Of a DNA stretch of 64,000 nucleotides, positions 63,431-64,000 are shown one piece after another (positions within the stretch are counted from its first letter, which is position 1; the number at the start of each line of letters is the position of its first letter). A program made the translations under genes and the position numbers. A model generated the notes under the pieces. The model was not told where the DNA came from, ran no database searches, and saw only the letters and a program-made list of their open reading frames with translations. Source of the stretch: an uncultured Pseudomonadota bacterium (GTDB taxonomy: Bacteria; Bdellovibrionota_B; Oligoflexia; Oligoflexales; CAIMVM01); NCBI GenBank assembly GCA_903844895.1, contig CAIMVM010000153.1:1226-65225 (forward strand), in the 5' to 3' direction.

Positions 63431-63514
63431 ACCGTGCAACGAATCCAGACAATTTTAGACTCGAATAAACGAATTTTCCACGAAGGTGAGTAAAATGATC
63501 TCAACTGGCGCCCG
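63431..63514 (-). pseudogene. 5' fragment of the E3 recombinase-like 'B' module
   Basis: About 85 bp are homologous to 56751-56836. It encodes RAPVEIILLTF..NCLDSLHGG versus RAPVQIILTTF..NCMDSSHAG, with indels and a stop. Confidence 0.45.
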
Positions 63515-63766
63515 ACGCAGTGTACCCAGTGAGCGTGTTTTTCTCTAAAATATTTTCTTAATTAATTCAGATATATACTGCCTAACTAATGCATTTCACG
63601 CGGTGGGAGATCCGTCAGTGCTTGAGGTCGTTCCGTAAGCGATGGTCGTCTGGATTTTCTCTCTCCCTCCTTAAGTATTCGACTAACGCATATCCCTAAC
63701 TAAAGTTTTCTGATCAGGCTCCGAATCGCGCTAGAACATCTTAAATTCAGAACCGGTGAGGGAAAT

Positions 63767-64000
63767 GTGAACGCAAAAAAAGTAGCTCTATTCAGTAGCA
63801 TCTGTGCAGCAGCGGTGATGCCGTTTTCGGCATGCAGCAAGCCATCTTCAAAAAAAGCTGATAACAATCAAGGAAATTCGGATGCAAGCACCGCTAGTCT
63901 CTCCGTTAATCTATCGGTCGTTGGAACTCTTGCGATTGATCCGAATAGCGGCTCTAATCTTCAGTCAGGTGGAAGCGGGCTCTCTCTAGCTCGGGACCCA
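63767..64000 (+). CDS. lipoprotein, 3' end outside the window
   Basis: GTG 63767 follows a GAGG RBS. VNAKKVALFSSICAAAVMPFSAC has a lipobox. The frame is open to the window edge (78 codons). Confidence 0.5.
   Translation, partial: MNAKKVALFSSICAAAVMPFSACSKPSSKKADNNQGNSDASTASLSVNLSVVGTLAIDPNSGSNLQSGGSGLSLARDP

Overview
The window has two parts. Nt 1-48,550 is ordinary, densely packed housekeeping chromosome of a Gram-negative, moderately low-GC bacterium. My guess is a Bdellovibrio/Oligoflexia-like lineage, but that is not provable from this sequence. Recognisable genes include cutA, dtd, lipB, panC, plsB, rsgA, tsaD, rsmA, dapD, gmhB, dprA, a CtpA-type protease, a RodZ-like protein, a DEAD-box helicase, an RlmD-like methyltransferase, an SPFH/NfeD pair, and CheV, REC-PilZ and PilZ signalling proteins. 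It ends with a VKOR-DsbA fusion gene. A tRNA-Ala(GGC) gene with encoded CCA lies at 48552-48627. From there to the window edge the sequence is an accessory island. The hexamer CCACCA (the tRNA 3' end) recurs four times on the same strand. Every copy sits in the same frame, GG(T/C)TCG-N18 (N13 at the tRNA)-CCACCA-N14-CGAACC. The blocks between the copies have inverted-repeat ends. I read this as serial insertion of three small elements (3.8, 3.9 and 4.6 kb), plus the start of a fourth, into the tRNA CCA end. Two of the elements carry modules resembling large serine recombinases, but no catalytic domain is visible. One module (HTH plus recombinase domain) is at one end and the other (coiled-coil tail) is at the other end. 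Cargo includes three toxin-antitoxin-like pairs, an S41-like peptidase, a NucA-type nuclease interrupted by an in-frame TAG, an IS66-family IS, an unusual lipoprotein and a divergent LspA paralog cluster. The site architecture and the split, catalytic-domain-less recombinase modules are the most interesting candidates for something undescribed. All functional calls rest on motif recognition by eye; no searches were run.
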